From NCBI GenBank assembly GCA_963665275.2, contig CAXXIN010000015.1:1-64000 (forward strand): DNA of 64,000 nucleotides, written 5' to 3'. Of this stretch, positions 1-9,354 are shown piece by piece. Both the position numbers and the translations under genes were made by a program. Each line of letters opens with the position of its first letter. Within the stretch, counting starts at the first letter, position 1. The notes beneath the pieces were generated by a model. That model saw only the letters and a list, made by a program, of their open reading frames with translations, was not told where the DNA came from and did not search any database. This stretch comes from Negativicutes bacterium (GTDB taxonomy: Bacteria; Bacillota; Negativicutes; UBA1444).

Positions 1-981
1 AGTTTCATTGGCTTGGGTCTGTATTTCCGCGTTACGGCGCAGCAACAGCAGCTCCGCTTTCTGTTGCGCATCCGGTCAATCAGCAGATAACAGAACCCGA
101 TGATAAAGAAACTAGCCGCGAAAGCACCTAGAATATATTTTTTTTTACGCTGTTCAAACGGGGCCAGCACCATTTCAGTAGCGGATCCCACCACAATCTG
201 CAGCGGGTAATCGGCATCACCCGGTAGGCAAACAGGCGCTGTACTCCATCTACCGCCCCCGGGGATATGAGAGTCCCGGCACTTTGCAGTTGCGCGTTCT
301 TCCATACTTCACCATTTCGCACATCCCAACCGCTTCCTTGGGAATCCCGAGTTTTCCTCAACAGATTGACGCCATCCATTCTGTTAATGGAATCACTCCA
401 CCCGAACCGAGTTCCAACTTTTTGATCGCAGTCTCAAAATGATCCAACGAAAGACTGATATGCACAACGCCGGCGAAAGATCCATCAGCGTGCCTAAGTC
501 TACGGCTCATGGGGATAACGCTTTTGCCCGACATTTTGCTTGTTTCCGCTGCCCCGATAAATAAATCGTCAACCCCATTTCCCCGAAGATGACGGAACCA
601 CTCCCTATCACCATAATCCAACGTCAGGGCTTGAGAGGCAGAGCTGGCAACAAAAATCCCCGTATGGTTGGTAATGCCTCCCTGAAATTTAGACGAATCG
701 CTTCGTATTTGTTCCAATATGGCTGCAATCACCGGACTCGATGGCCCTTCCCTTTCATAGGCCCTTTGGATGATCCGCATATCGTTATTCGCATCGGCAA
801 GAACGCTTTGTACCTGCTCTTCAAAAGCCTTGGACAGATTTCCAGTGGCAACCGCAGCATTCTCCAGCTCGTTTTTCCGTTCGTAGGCCACCTGATTCCA
901 TACCAACAGCCACAGGCCGCACAACATCATGATCCCTGTCGCGATAACGAGCCTTGAAAGCCACTTTGACTGTTCCACCAT
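1..981 (-). pseudogene. Membrane sensor protein with periplasmic Cache-type domain (kinase or diguanylate cyclase N-terminus); frameshifted, runs off the window
   Basis: TM helix, then dCache-like motifs (DREWFRHL, LFIG, SGKSVIPMSRRL, GSFAGVV). Sequence continues in ORF 128..379 (GAVDGVQRLFAYR) and a third frame with a second TM helix. At least two frameshifts, real or sequencing error. Confidence 0.65.
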
Positions 982-1096
982 GTCGCTGCCCCCTGAAAAT
1001 AACCGTTTCCACATTAATTATAGAATATATCCTTTGAAAAGGACACTATCATTAAGTATAACGTACTGTAGCAGGCCTTTATAGCAATAAAAACGC

Positions 1097-1328
1097 ATGC
1101 CCTCCAAAAACGCTTTGAAAAGACTATCTCTACTGGCAAATGCAAAACCAAAAGACCCTTAAGCGGATCAATCAATTATTGCTGGATATTGGCAAACCTG
1201 AACCATTAAGTAACGACTTGTCCGGTGATTGGAGTCGGCGGATTGATGAGAAAAACAGGCTTGTCTACCGCATCCGATATGACAGGATTGAAATCGTTCA
1301 ATGCCGCACCCACTGCAACGGAAAGTAA
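1097..1328 (+). pseudogene. yoeB: Degenerate Txe/YoeB family toxin, no antitoxin upstream
   Basis: DYLYWQ..KTLKRINQLL..GKPEPL..DLSG.WSRRIDEKNRLVY. 5' end frameshifted; short segment between DI and GKPEPL missing. Confidence 0.8.
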
Positions 1329-1387
1329 AAGGGTTGAAAATATCCAATTAAAAACGCATGATTCCAAAAGGATTTGGAGAGTCATGC

Positions 1388-1432
1388 GAAAAACCTGCTA
1401 AGAAAAGCCAGCAGCATTCTTAGCAGGTTTTT
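1388..1432. terminator. Bidirectional intrinsic terminator
   Basis: aaaaacctgctaagaa...ttcttagcaggttttt inverted repeat between convergent genes. Confidence 0.7.
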
Positions 1433-1593
1433 CAATTTGGGTTACTTTTTCAGACCGCGATAAAACTTCTCATGCGGGCAGATTGTACGAAGCGGCAATA
1501 GGTTATCCTCTGCAGCAAGCTGCCAAAGAATATGAAAGCCTGGACGGTTCTGCGGTTTCTATTGTCGATACGGCAAGCTACGAATTAAAAAAC

Positions 1594-3126
1594 TTAGTGA
1601 TTGTTCCAAGGCGACATAGCAAATTCGCCGCCTGCATTCAACCCAACCATTGAAAAAATTGTTTCATCATAATATACATTGGCGCCATAATCCAGCTCCA
1701 TGTCTTTTTTTGCATAAACCGGACCGCTGACTATGGAAGAATACAATCCCCCAGAAGAAAGAAACACTGTATTTTTGGCACTACTCCCCCCATCAAGTTT
1801 AATACTGTTGCTGCCGGTGTCACCAGTCATCACCAATCCGAATCCCGCCAAAGATGACCCACCTGAAAGCGAAAAGGTTCCCCCTGCATATAATTTTACG
1901 GTCCCATTTGTCCCTGGGTTAAACGGAACACCTCCCGTAACTCTTATATTTGCAGAAGACATAACCGTAATGGTTCCATTCTGGATTGTTGGGTTCGCTG
2001 TTCCAAAATACATGCCCCCACTAGAAGTAAAATTCTGTTGAGTATACACATTTATAACCCCACCATCAACGATGGTAATTTTGCTTCCGCCGGAGAAACT
2101 CACCGCACCCGGTGAAACAATCGTTGTATTGCCTGTAATTTTTGCTCCGCTCGTTGCGGTTACACCATTTTTCGCATACAACGTCAACGTCTTGCCTGCT
2201 GCCACATTGATCTGTCCAGGATCCAACGTGATAGTTCCGTTTACAATAATTGCAAGGTCACCCGCTGCATTGATAGTACAATTGCTGTGGATAGCAAAGT
2301 TTCCATTCACATATATACCCGCATTTCCAGTTGTAGAAAGTATAGTTGATCCTGTCAATGCCAGATTGCCATTGATATAATTATTATTTGGCCAAGTTGT
2401 CACGGCATTATTCAAATTACCGGAAGCTCGGTTAGTCGCTGCGCTTAAATATTGCTGGTAGTTTACATTGTTAATATCGAATGAAACGGGCATTGCGGGC
2501 AATGCAAATTCCAAAGTTTCGCTAGGAGGCGTGCCCGCTGAAGTAGTATTATTGGGGTACTTAATTTGAGTCGCCTTAATAGGTCCTGTAGAATAACCCC
2601 ACTTCAGAGTAACGTTTTTTTTAGCGCCAACATCTCCGTTAATAGTGCCCGCCACTGTAAGATTGTTTCCACTGAAAGCAGCATATTTTAGAGGCAATCC
2701 CCCTCCCCCCAGAGTCGTTACATACACAATCTGCCTTATTGCTCTACCCACAGTCCCAGTGGCAACCACTTGCCGTCTACTACTATCTGCAGGAAAATCA
2801 GGATTTCTTCGGATTATAACGGAATAACTACCGCCGGCCGGTTGAGTTCCAATGGCAATGGGGCCGTACGTTGCGCCTACCAAAGAATCAGTTGCATCAA
2901 CCACCGCAGAAACATCATTCTTCAATTGAATTGCTGCCCAGCGTGCTCCTGATTCAGCAAGGTATTGGGCAGTTACCCCACTACGATACTGAGCTCCCGT
3001 ATTTACTTCAGTAGATGACAACATTACAAAACCTGCCCCGATGGCACCGAGCACCATCATGCCGATCAATGACAATATACCAACCGAGCCACGGTGTAAC
3101 CATTGCGAATTTAATAGTTTTTTCAC
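1594..3126 (-). CDS. PilX-like minor pilin with large Gly/Thr-rich beta-solenoid-like C-terminal domain (putative tip adhesin)
   Basis: RG|SVGILSL hydrophobic helix, PilX-type AQYLAESG motif, repetitive GxxxxGG beta-strand pattern; last gene of the minor pilin cluster. Confidence 0.75.
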   Translation of the reverse strand: MKKLLNSQWLHRGSVGILSLIGMMVLGAIGAGFVMLSSTEVNTGAQYRSGVTAQYLAESGARWAAIQLKNDVSAVVDATDSLVGATYGPIAIGTQPAGGSYSVIIRRNPDFPADSSRRQVVATGTVGRAIRQIVYVTTLGGGGLPLKYAAFSGNNLTVAGTINGDVGAKKNVTLKWGYSTGPIKATQIKYPNNTTSAGTPPSETLEFALPAMPVSFDINNVNYQQYLSAATNRASGNLNNAVTTWPNNNYINGNLALTGSTILSTTGNAGIYVNGNFAIHSNCTINAAGDLAIIVNGTITLDPGQINVAAGKTLTLYAKNGVTATSGAKITGNTTIVSPGAVSFSGGSKITIVDGGVINVYTQQNFTSSGGMYFGTANPTIQNGTITVMSSANIRVTGGVPFNPGTNGTVKLYAGGTFSLSGGSSLAGFGLVMTGDTGSNSIKLDGGSSAKNTVFLSSGGLYSSIVSGPVYAKKDMELDYGANVYYDETIFSMVGLNAGGEFAMSPWNNH

Positions 3127-3161
3127 TAGACCAGTTATACCTCCAGCTTAATCAATAGTAC

Positions 3162-3671
3162 CTAGTTTTCTGGAGTAACGGCTGTTTCAACTTGAAAAAC
3201 AACTGCGGGCTGCGCCATTGACACTACAAACAAATTTATGCCTACGGTTCCACCACCAAGGTTGGTAAACAAAGCGGGGGCAATGACATCAACGTTAGCA
3301 CCCGTCATTGCTCTCGTATCTCCCCCATCCAGACGGCGAAGTACAAAAGGACTTGCCGTTGTGTCGAGAAAGTATGTTATTGTTCTTATTGCCCCATATT
3401 GAGAGGTTTGTAAGGTTAAGCGGGTTGCGCTATTGAATACGAGATTTGCTCTTTGCGAATATTGTATTTCTCGTACCATCATGTCCACTGCATGACGTGC
3501 CACCTGCTGGACCTCCGTACGGTTACTCCCCTGCACCCAGGATGTAACTGAAGTTGACAACAAACCTGCAAATCCCGTCAACAACATTACCATCAAGGCC
3601 ATCGCAACCACTAATTCTACTAATGTAAAGCCCGCCTGACTTTTGACAGGAATCCGCAAAAATTCCCTCAT
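3162..3671 (-). CDS. PilW/PulJ-like minor pilin
   Basis: QAG|FTLVELVVAM type III signal. Start re-called at ATG 3671, just after the upstream stop codon. Confidence 0.85.
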   Translation of the reverse strand: MREFLRIPVKSQAGFTLVELVVAMALMVMLLTGFAGLLSTSVTSWVQGSNRTEVQQVARHAVDMMVREIQYSQRANLVFNSATRLTLQTSQYGAIRTITYFLDTTASPFVLRRLDGGDTRAMTGANVDVIAPALFTNLGGGTVGINLFVVSMAQPAVVFQVETAVTPEN

Positions 3672-3673
3672 CG

Positions 3674-4087
3674 CTAGAACGCAACTCTCGAAAACAATGA
3701 TACCATCGACAAGTTTTGTCCGAGCCATGTCACACTTACCGTTACCTGAACAAGATTGGCATCCTGAGCACTCGCTGCCGCTGTAGTAACAACCGTGTAG
3801 GCTATATTATTCCGAGTTAGAGGCATAGCAGGCTCAGCTGCGTCTTGCCACGCAATTACCTGTGGTAATGGGGTCAGTGCAGTCCAATTCGCTGCGGACC
3901 AAGATTTCAGCATTTCCATCTGTTTTTGCGCCAAGGCAGTGGCTGTACTGATCTCAAGCCCGGACGAATTAGCTCTAGTCGACTGGATAAACATTCCAGT
4001 AACCGCAATAAGCGCAACAGAAATAATGATGATCGCAATCATCACCTCAATCATTAAAAAGCCTTTTTGCTGTCGAATATATTGCAC
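3674..4087 (-). CDS. PilV-like minor pilin
   Basis: QQKG|FLMIEVMIAI signal; ATALAQKQMEMLK and V.V.V.W pattern. Confidence 0.85.
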   Translation of the reverse strand: MQYIRQQKGFLMIEVMIAIIIISVALIAVTGMFIQSTRANSSGLEISTATALAQKQMEMLKSWSAANWTALTPLPQVIAWQDAAEPAMPLTRNNIAYTVVTTAAASAQDANLVQVTVSVTWLGQNLSMVSLFSRVAF

Positions 4088-4114
4088 GTCGTCACCTTCT
4101 CCAGCTATGCATGA

Positions 4115-4639
4115 TCATTGTACTTGAACACGTCCCGTCAAATGGTCCAACGTGACAACACGGTTCTGTCCCAGTGTATTGCGAAGTGTAACTATAACAT
4201 CGTTGCCACCAACCGGCCTTCCATTCACATCGAACGAAACCGCGTTCTGCACATTCGGGAATGAAACTGTAGTCGGAAAACTATATGTTGGTTTAATTAC
4301 CACATTAGCCGCGCCCTGAACGACCATATACCCAAAAGGGGATGCATTGACAAACACAATTTGCACTATCGACGCATCTGTCGAATTAGCCGCCATTTGC
4401 ATGCTCCAACGAAGATCGCCAGCCAGTTGACGAGCTGAGATATCCAAGTCGCGCTGCGCAGCACCGCCATTAAATCGCGGCAAAGCTATCGCCGCAATAA
4501 TACCCAAAATCGCAATCACAATAAGTAGCTCCATAAGGGAAAAGCCCTTCTTGAATTGCAACTGCTTGGATGCTGCCCCAAATATGGTTCTGCGCATATG
4601 GAACCTTGAGGCGTAGATTTTTCGATCATTATCCCTCAT
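4115..4639 (-). CDS. FimT/GspH-like minor pilin (start uncertain)
   Basis: KKG|FSLMELLIVIAILGIIAAIALP; FDVNGRP and TGRV motifs. Confidence 0.85.
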   Translation of the reverse strand: MRDNDRKIYASRFHMRRTIFGAASKQLQFKKGFSLMELLIVIAILGIIAAIALPRFNGGAAQRDLDISARQLAGDLRWSMQMAANSTDASIVQIVFVNASPFGYMVVQGAANVVIKPTYSFPTTVSFPNVQNAVSFDVNGRPVGGNDVIVTLRNTLGQNRVVTLDHLTGRVQVQ

Positions 4640-4804
4640 TGTCCCAACACCTGTAGCACATAATAAAGCGTCTGTCACCTACCAGTCTCATATATAGTCC
4701 TATTGTACCGTATCCATGCCAAAACGCAATTGCCAATCTCTACCTATATTATATTATCGTCAATTTTTCACCAATCAGTCAATGTCATTTTTGTTTTAAT
4801 ATAT

Positions 4805-4929
4805 TAGTTAACGAGGTAATAGAGGTAACGTGAAAATACATTTTCATCCTATTATCATCTTTGGCACTCACCCCATGGCAGTATCGGCGAAAAACCCAGA
4901 CTCCGTTACCGTGGCTACCTCGCTACCTA
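4805..4929. repeat. Candidate iteron replication origin: 3+3 inverted 8-bp iterons around a spacer
   Basis: Left arm TAGTTAAC GAGGTAAT A GAGGTAAC (4805-4829). Right arm read on the minus strand TAGGTAGC GAGGTAGC C ACGGTAAC (4929-4905). Overlaps the 3' end of the primase gene. Confidence 0.55.
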
Positions 4930-7066
4930 TTGGCTGTATCAGTTCAGAATCCAGAATCGGTTCAGGTAGCGCCAAGCCGTCCCATACGAGAATATTGCCG
5001 CTGGCATGACTGGTCTGCAGGCCGCGCTCACGCATCCGACTGACGAATGTGCGCTTGGTGATTGGGCGCTCCGCCGTATCGATACACCAGTTCTCATAGG
5101 CGCGGTACGAATCGGCGACAATGGTGGATGCCAGCGGATTCATCACGCATCGCTGCGCGACGAAATCGCCCAGGATATCCATTTCACCCCGATACTCATC
5201 GGTCGCGGCCACTACGTCCTGCGGCGGATTCAGTCCTTCCACGCGCCACAGGCGGCAGCCTTCCACCGCCCAGTTCAGGATGCCCGGCCATTCGTTTCGT
5301 AGATTTTCCGCCAGATGGTGATCTCGTTCCTCGGCGGGAATGGTGACGGTGAAAGGGATCAGGCGTACGCGCCGCCAGATGGCTTCGTCGCAGCCCCGGA
5401 TGACTGGTTTATGATTGGTGGCGAGCCACAGTTTGAAGTGAGGCGTGAACTCGAACCATTCCCCATGCAGAAATCTGGCTGCGATTTTATCTTGTCCTGT
5501 CATTTGTTTGATCAGGCTTTCAGCCATGCGGGCCCCATCGTCGGCTTCCACGGCGGAAACGAACCGGACCCCCCGCAGGGCGGCGATGTCGTTGGGTATC
5601 TGGTGGGTTTGCTTCACCAGCAGCGAATCCATTGGCAACTGGCGAGCATAGGAATGAAGGATCCCCATGAGCGTCGTCAAAAAAGTGCTTTTGCCGTTCG
5701 CGCCCTGCCCATAGAGCAGGAACAGGCATTGTTCCCCGGTATCGCCGGTCAACGAATAGCCCACAGCTTTTTGCAGATAACGGATCAAGTCCGCGCGTCC
5801 GCCCAGCACACGGGACAAAAAAGCATCCCAGGTCGGACACTGCGCCCCAGGATCGTAATCGACCGGAGCCACCTTGGTCACCAGCAGCGACGGATCGTGG
5901 GGAAATGTCCGGTCATTTTGCAGATCGAGCATACCACTCCGGGTATTGAACAACCATGGATCGGTGTCAAAATCATCGGCGGCGGCGACCAGATCCGGTT
6001 GCGTCTCTGCGAGCGACAGCAAACTATGGAGCCGGGACGCAGACTCCGAGCGCCTGGCAAAGCCCGCCATCGCCTGTTGCTGTTTTAGCTCCGGCAGACC
6101 CTCGGCCAGACTCAGTATGTGTCTCACCGTCTCGGCGGCCTGCCGCTCCGCTTCGCCGGTGCTGTCGAGTTCCCAGTGGGAGGCGTCCCAAAACAGCCAT
6201 TTTCGCCAAAGGCGACAGTACCGGAGATGTGCGGCATGTCGCTGGGCAAATCGTTCGGCGTTGCCCAGATCGGTGAAGGGAAATTCTTCTTGCGCCTGTT
6301 GCGATCGAACGAGACGGAGAAGTTCGTCGCGGGTTCCGCCGCGCTCTATCCAGTCCGAAACGTCGCCTTTCTCCGGTAGATCATCGAGTTGAAGGATATG
6401 GACTTCACAGCCCCGCTCCTGCAGTTTGCCGGCCACGCTCTTTGCATGGGCTTGTCCGGGACTGTCATTGTCCGCGATTACAACCACTTGGGCGCCGGCA
6501 GCAAAGTGCCGGGAGCACGCGTGGGTCCATTTCCCCGCGCCGCCGTGGTTGGTGGTGGCAGTGAGTCCAAGCGCGGTCAGCGCATCGGCGTCTTTCTCTC
6601 CTTCCACCACGAAGACCGTCTCTCCTGCCGCTATGCCACGCAGCAGGCCTGGGAGCCGATAGGGAAGCGCCTCGCACTCCCCCATATTCCAGATCCACGC
6701 GCCGCGCTGGGCAGGATCGGGACGCCGGATACGAAAATTTTTCGGCTGCATCCGAACGACCTGGTAGCATAGCTGATCCTCGGCATTGACATAATCATAG
6801 GTGGCGGCAATCTGCCGGACCATCCTCCCGTTTGGGGATTGGATCGCCACCTCCGGCAGCGCATGGCCGGTGAGCTGGGCTAGTTTTGAGAGGCCCCCGT
6901 TGATCCCCTCTTTGTGACAAAAAAAAGTGCCTTTCGCGGCATTGACCGAAAAGGAAGGATGACGGTCCTGACTGCCGTGGTTCGGCAGAGGGCAGCGGCA
7001 AGAGCCTTGATCGCCATGCCACCGGATCGGTCCACATACCGACTCCAGCCAGTTGCGTTCGTTCAT
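4868..7066 (-). CDS. Phage/plasmid P4-family primase-helicase (Zn finger + TOPRIM + D5_N + SF3 helicase)
   Basis: CPLPNH..D.HPSFSV..FFCH Zn finger; VEGEKDAD and IADNDSPG TOPRIM motifs; TDLGNAERF D5_N; G.GANGKST Walker A; KLWLATNHKP, AIWRR. Confidence 0.92.
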   Translation of the reverse strand: MNERNWLESVCGPIRWHGDQGSCRCPLPNHGSQDRHPSFSVNAAKGTFFCHKEGINGGLSKLAQLTGHALPEVAIQSPNGRMVRQIAATYDYVNAEDQLCYQVVRMQPKNFRIRRPDPAQRGAWIWNMGECEALPYRLPGLLRGIAAGETVFVVEGEKDADALTALGLTATTNHGGAGKWTHACSRHFAAGAQVVVIADNDSPGQAHAKSVAGKLQERGCEVHILQLDDLPEKGDVSDWIERGGTRDELLRLVRSQQAQEEFPFTDLGNAERFAQRHAAHLRYCRLWRKWLFWDASHWELDSTGEAERQAAETVRHILSLAEGLPELKQQQAMAGFARRSESASRLHSLLSLAETQPDLVAAADDFDTDPWLFNTRSGMLDLQNDRTFPHDPSLLVTKVAPVDYDPGAQCPTWDAFLSRVLGGRADLIRYLQKAVGYSLTGDTGEQCLFLLYGQGANGKSTFLTTLMGILHSYARQLPMDSLLVKQTHQIPNDIAALRGVRFVSAVEADDGARMAESLIKQMTGQDKIAARFLHGEWFEFTPHFKLWLATNHKPVIRGCDEAIWRRVRLIPFTVTIPAEERDHHLAENLRNEWPGILNWAVEGCRLWRVEGLNPPQDVVAATDEYRGEMDILGDFVAQRCVMNPLASTIVADSYRAYENWCIDTAERPITKRTFVSRMRERGLQTSHASGNILVWDGLALPEPILDSELIQPIGSEVATVTESGFFADTAMG

Positions 7067-7671
7067 GCCGCACCCTCCGGCAGAACCCCCAGGCTCGTCA
7101 GTACCCGGGCTCCATGGTCATGCAATAGCGCCAGGATATGATGTCCGTCGCCTTTGCGGCGCAAGAGCACCAGCCCCCGGATCTTCCCCTTTTCTTCGTA
7201 ATTTTCAGGAGGAAATACTTCTTCGGTCAAGCTTTCCGGCTCGTACGTGCGAACATAGTCGATGACTTCATCCAAGCGTTCCGGCGGGTAAAAAAACGCC
7301 ATGAACTGCCCCTCCATCGGCAGATTCATTATTGCCAGATTGTATAGCAATCCCCACAGCAGCGCCCCCCCTTCCACGAATAAATCGAGAGGCGGTCCGG
7401 GCATGGGCGCTATCGAGGAGTACAGCCATTGGTAGCGAAAAAGGCAAACATAATCGAGAGAAAAACCGAAGTCCTTGCCAGAAAGTCGATTCGCCGCATA
7501 GATCTCCAACGGCGCATCGTCCCGGTATGTCGAGACTTTGCCGAGCTTGCGGCCCAGGCTCTGCACGACCGGCGGGTTGACGAGTCCCCAGCTTTTATAG
7601 TTGGCGAGTGTGCTCTGGACGATGGGTGTGCCCAGTTCAGCGCACCGTGCTAGTACTTCATGTGGTGTCAT
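7063..7671 (-). CDS. Hypothetical protein with MerR/excisionase-like N-terminal wHTH, translationally coupled to the primase
   Basis: STLANYKSWGLVNPP...GRKLG..Y resembles a MerR-type HTH; ATGA overlap with the primase start. Confidence 0.55.
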   Translation of the reverse strand: MTPHEVLARCAELGTPIVQSTLANYKSWGLVNPPVVQSLGRKLGKVSTYRDDAPLEIYAANRLSGKDFGFSLDYVCLFRYQWLYSSIAPMPGPPLDLFVEGGALLWGLLYNLAIMNLPMEGQFMAFFYPPERLDEVIDYVRTYEPESLTEEVFPPENYEEKGKIRGLVLLRRKGDGHHILALLHDHGARVLTSLGVLPEGAA

Positions 7672-7718
7672 GGGTACCTCCTGTTTTCACGTTTTAATAA
7701 AATCATTTGTTAATGTTA

Positions 7719-7747
7719 ATATTAAAACTACGAGAAGGCTTTGTCAA
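7719..7747 (-). promoter_or_regulatory. sigma70-type promoter for the HTH-primase operon
   Basis: TTGACA-17 bp-TAATAT on the minus strand. Confidence 0.65.
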
Positions 7748-7796
7748 GGGCTGGGAAAATGAAAACAAAAGCCCCGGATTTCTCCGAGGCTAAAAG

Positions 7797-8195
7797 TTAT
7801 ATTCCAAGTTCTTTTTTCAAGGCGGATTGAAGCACCCTGGAAAAGTTGATTTTTCTTTTCTCGGCCAGACTGTTCAAGTATGACGGAATGGTTAACGTCT
7901 TCTTTACCGCTTTGTTGTCAAGTTCAGCCCGAACCGGCAACATCCAAACTTCAACAAGCCCAACGATATATCCCTGCCCCTGCTCGATTACATCAACCGT
8001 AGAGCTTTCAGGAATGGCGTCTCCATCTGTTTCCATTCCCCACATGTGAAGGCCCAATGCTTCCCGCGCCATTCTATGCGCGGCGTCCAAAGTTTTTCCG
8101 ACGGAGATGCACCCTGGCAAGTCAGGAAAATGGACGCTATACCCGGTTTCTGTTCTGCCAAAAACCGCTGGATAAATGTATGAATCCTTTTGCAT
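7797..8195 (-). CDS. hicB: HicB antitoxin
   Basis: YPAVF..GYSVHFPDLPGCIS.G; C-terminal VKKTLTIP..LN..A..INFS.VLQ.AL. Confidence 0.93.
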   Translation of the reverse strand: MQKDSYIYPAVFGRTETGYSVHFPDLPGCISVGKTLDAAHRMAREALGLHMWGMETDGDAIPESSTVDVIEQGQGYIVGLVEVWMLPVRAELDNKAVKKTLTIPSYLNSLAEKRKINFSRVLQSALKKELGI

Positions 8196-8223
8196 CGAAA
8201 ATCCTCCTTTGCACTGCGGCTTG

Positions 8224-8412
8224 CTACAGTCCCGCCTGCTTCAATATTGAACGTTCTGTTTTCGGGTCAAGATCGTCATTAAGAGAGTTTCCAACCGGTA
8301 TCGTGACCTTTCCCGACTTTGTTGGATGTTTAAACTGTTTGTGCGAGCCAGATTGATTGACTTCTCTCCATCCGTCATCATGGATGAGTTTAAGAATATC
8401 GCGAATTTTCAT
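8224..8412 (-). CDS. hicA: HicA mRNA interferase toxin
   Basis: DGW...QSGSHKQFKHP.K.GKVTIP...SILKQAGL; directly upstream of hicB. Confidence 0.93.
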   Translation of the reverse strand: MKIRDILKLIHDDGWREVNQSGSHKQFKHPTKSGKVTIPVGNSLNDDLDPKTERSILKQAGL

Positions 8413-8687
8413 CGGCACGATACCGCCTCCCATTGAATTTATTATATCATACGTGTTTTAAACGTGTAAAGACGGACTCATAAGCGGCAAACAGCTTCCC
8501 TATCTTTTCTACTTACCCTCCAGTGTAACCATTTCAATCTGGGTACAAATTGTACCCCAAAAGAAATGACGCGCCCCTCCGCAAAGAGGGTAACGCGCCA
8601 AAGATCATTTATTTCTTGTCCAGTGTAGCACTTCTGCCAGAATCGAACAACTGATCAACCCACTTTTCGAGTGTTAGTCCCTGCCTC

Positions 8688-9060
8688 CTACACCCCGAGC
8701 TTTTGCCGCAGTGCCGCCTGCAGCAGCTGCGAAAAGTTCACATGCTCCCGCTCGGCTCGGTCATTCAGGCATTTTGGGATCGTCAGCATTTTCTTCACCG
8801 CTTTTTCAAAATGTGTTTTTGCATATTCGGCGACATCCACTGTCACCATATTGACGAAGGCTTCCTCGTAGTCATCATATTCGTCGCCCGGCACAATCGT
8901 GTTCATCGCGGAAGCCACCGGAACGCCAGACAATCACTGCCATGATCAGGGCTTGGTCCAGCGTTTCCCCGCAAGTCGCCAAATGATTGAGATCAGGAAA
9001 TATAACGGAATATCCGCCTTCCTTCTCTCTATAAAAACAGGCAGGATAAGCTGAGATCAT
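8688..9060 (-). pseudogene. hicB: Second, frameshifted HicB (orphan)
   Basis: AYPACFY..GYSVIFPDL in one frame and AVKKMLTIP..VNFSQLLQAAL in another; break near 8930. Confidence 0.8.
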
Positions 9061-9238
9061 TATAAGCACCTCTCTTTCCTACGCATCATAGAGAAAGTTC
9101 TTGTACGGACTAGTGATCGAGACTTGCTTCGTTTGTTATGCGGCCAGCAGATTTTTATATATTTTACAGAAGGCGGATTGATTTTTTTCATAGCTGTAAG
9201 TTTTCCAACAGCATACGCCCAGCACATAGTTTGCATGT

Positions 9239-9289
9239 AAATAGAGAACAAGAACGAAAACATAGTGTTTTCGTTCTTGTTCTCTATTT
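9239..9289. terminator. 24-bp perfect hairpin, terminator downstream of pilA
   Basis: aaatagagaacaagaacgaaaaca-tag-tgttttcgttcttgttctctattt. Confidence 0.75.
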
Positions 9290-9354
9290 TATTATAAAAT
9301 TAAACCCTTGTTAAATAGCGAATTTTTCGGAACCAATTCAAGCTGTATCTAATT

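Noticed and set aside
4705-4740. TGGCA motifs upstream of the minor pilins as a sigma54 promoter
   Set aside because: Neither has GC at the required GG-N10-GC position.
7690-7730. Xer/dif-like site near the primase element
   Set aside because: Only loose similarity to a XerD arm; no proper 11-6-11 structure.
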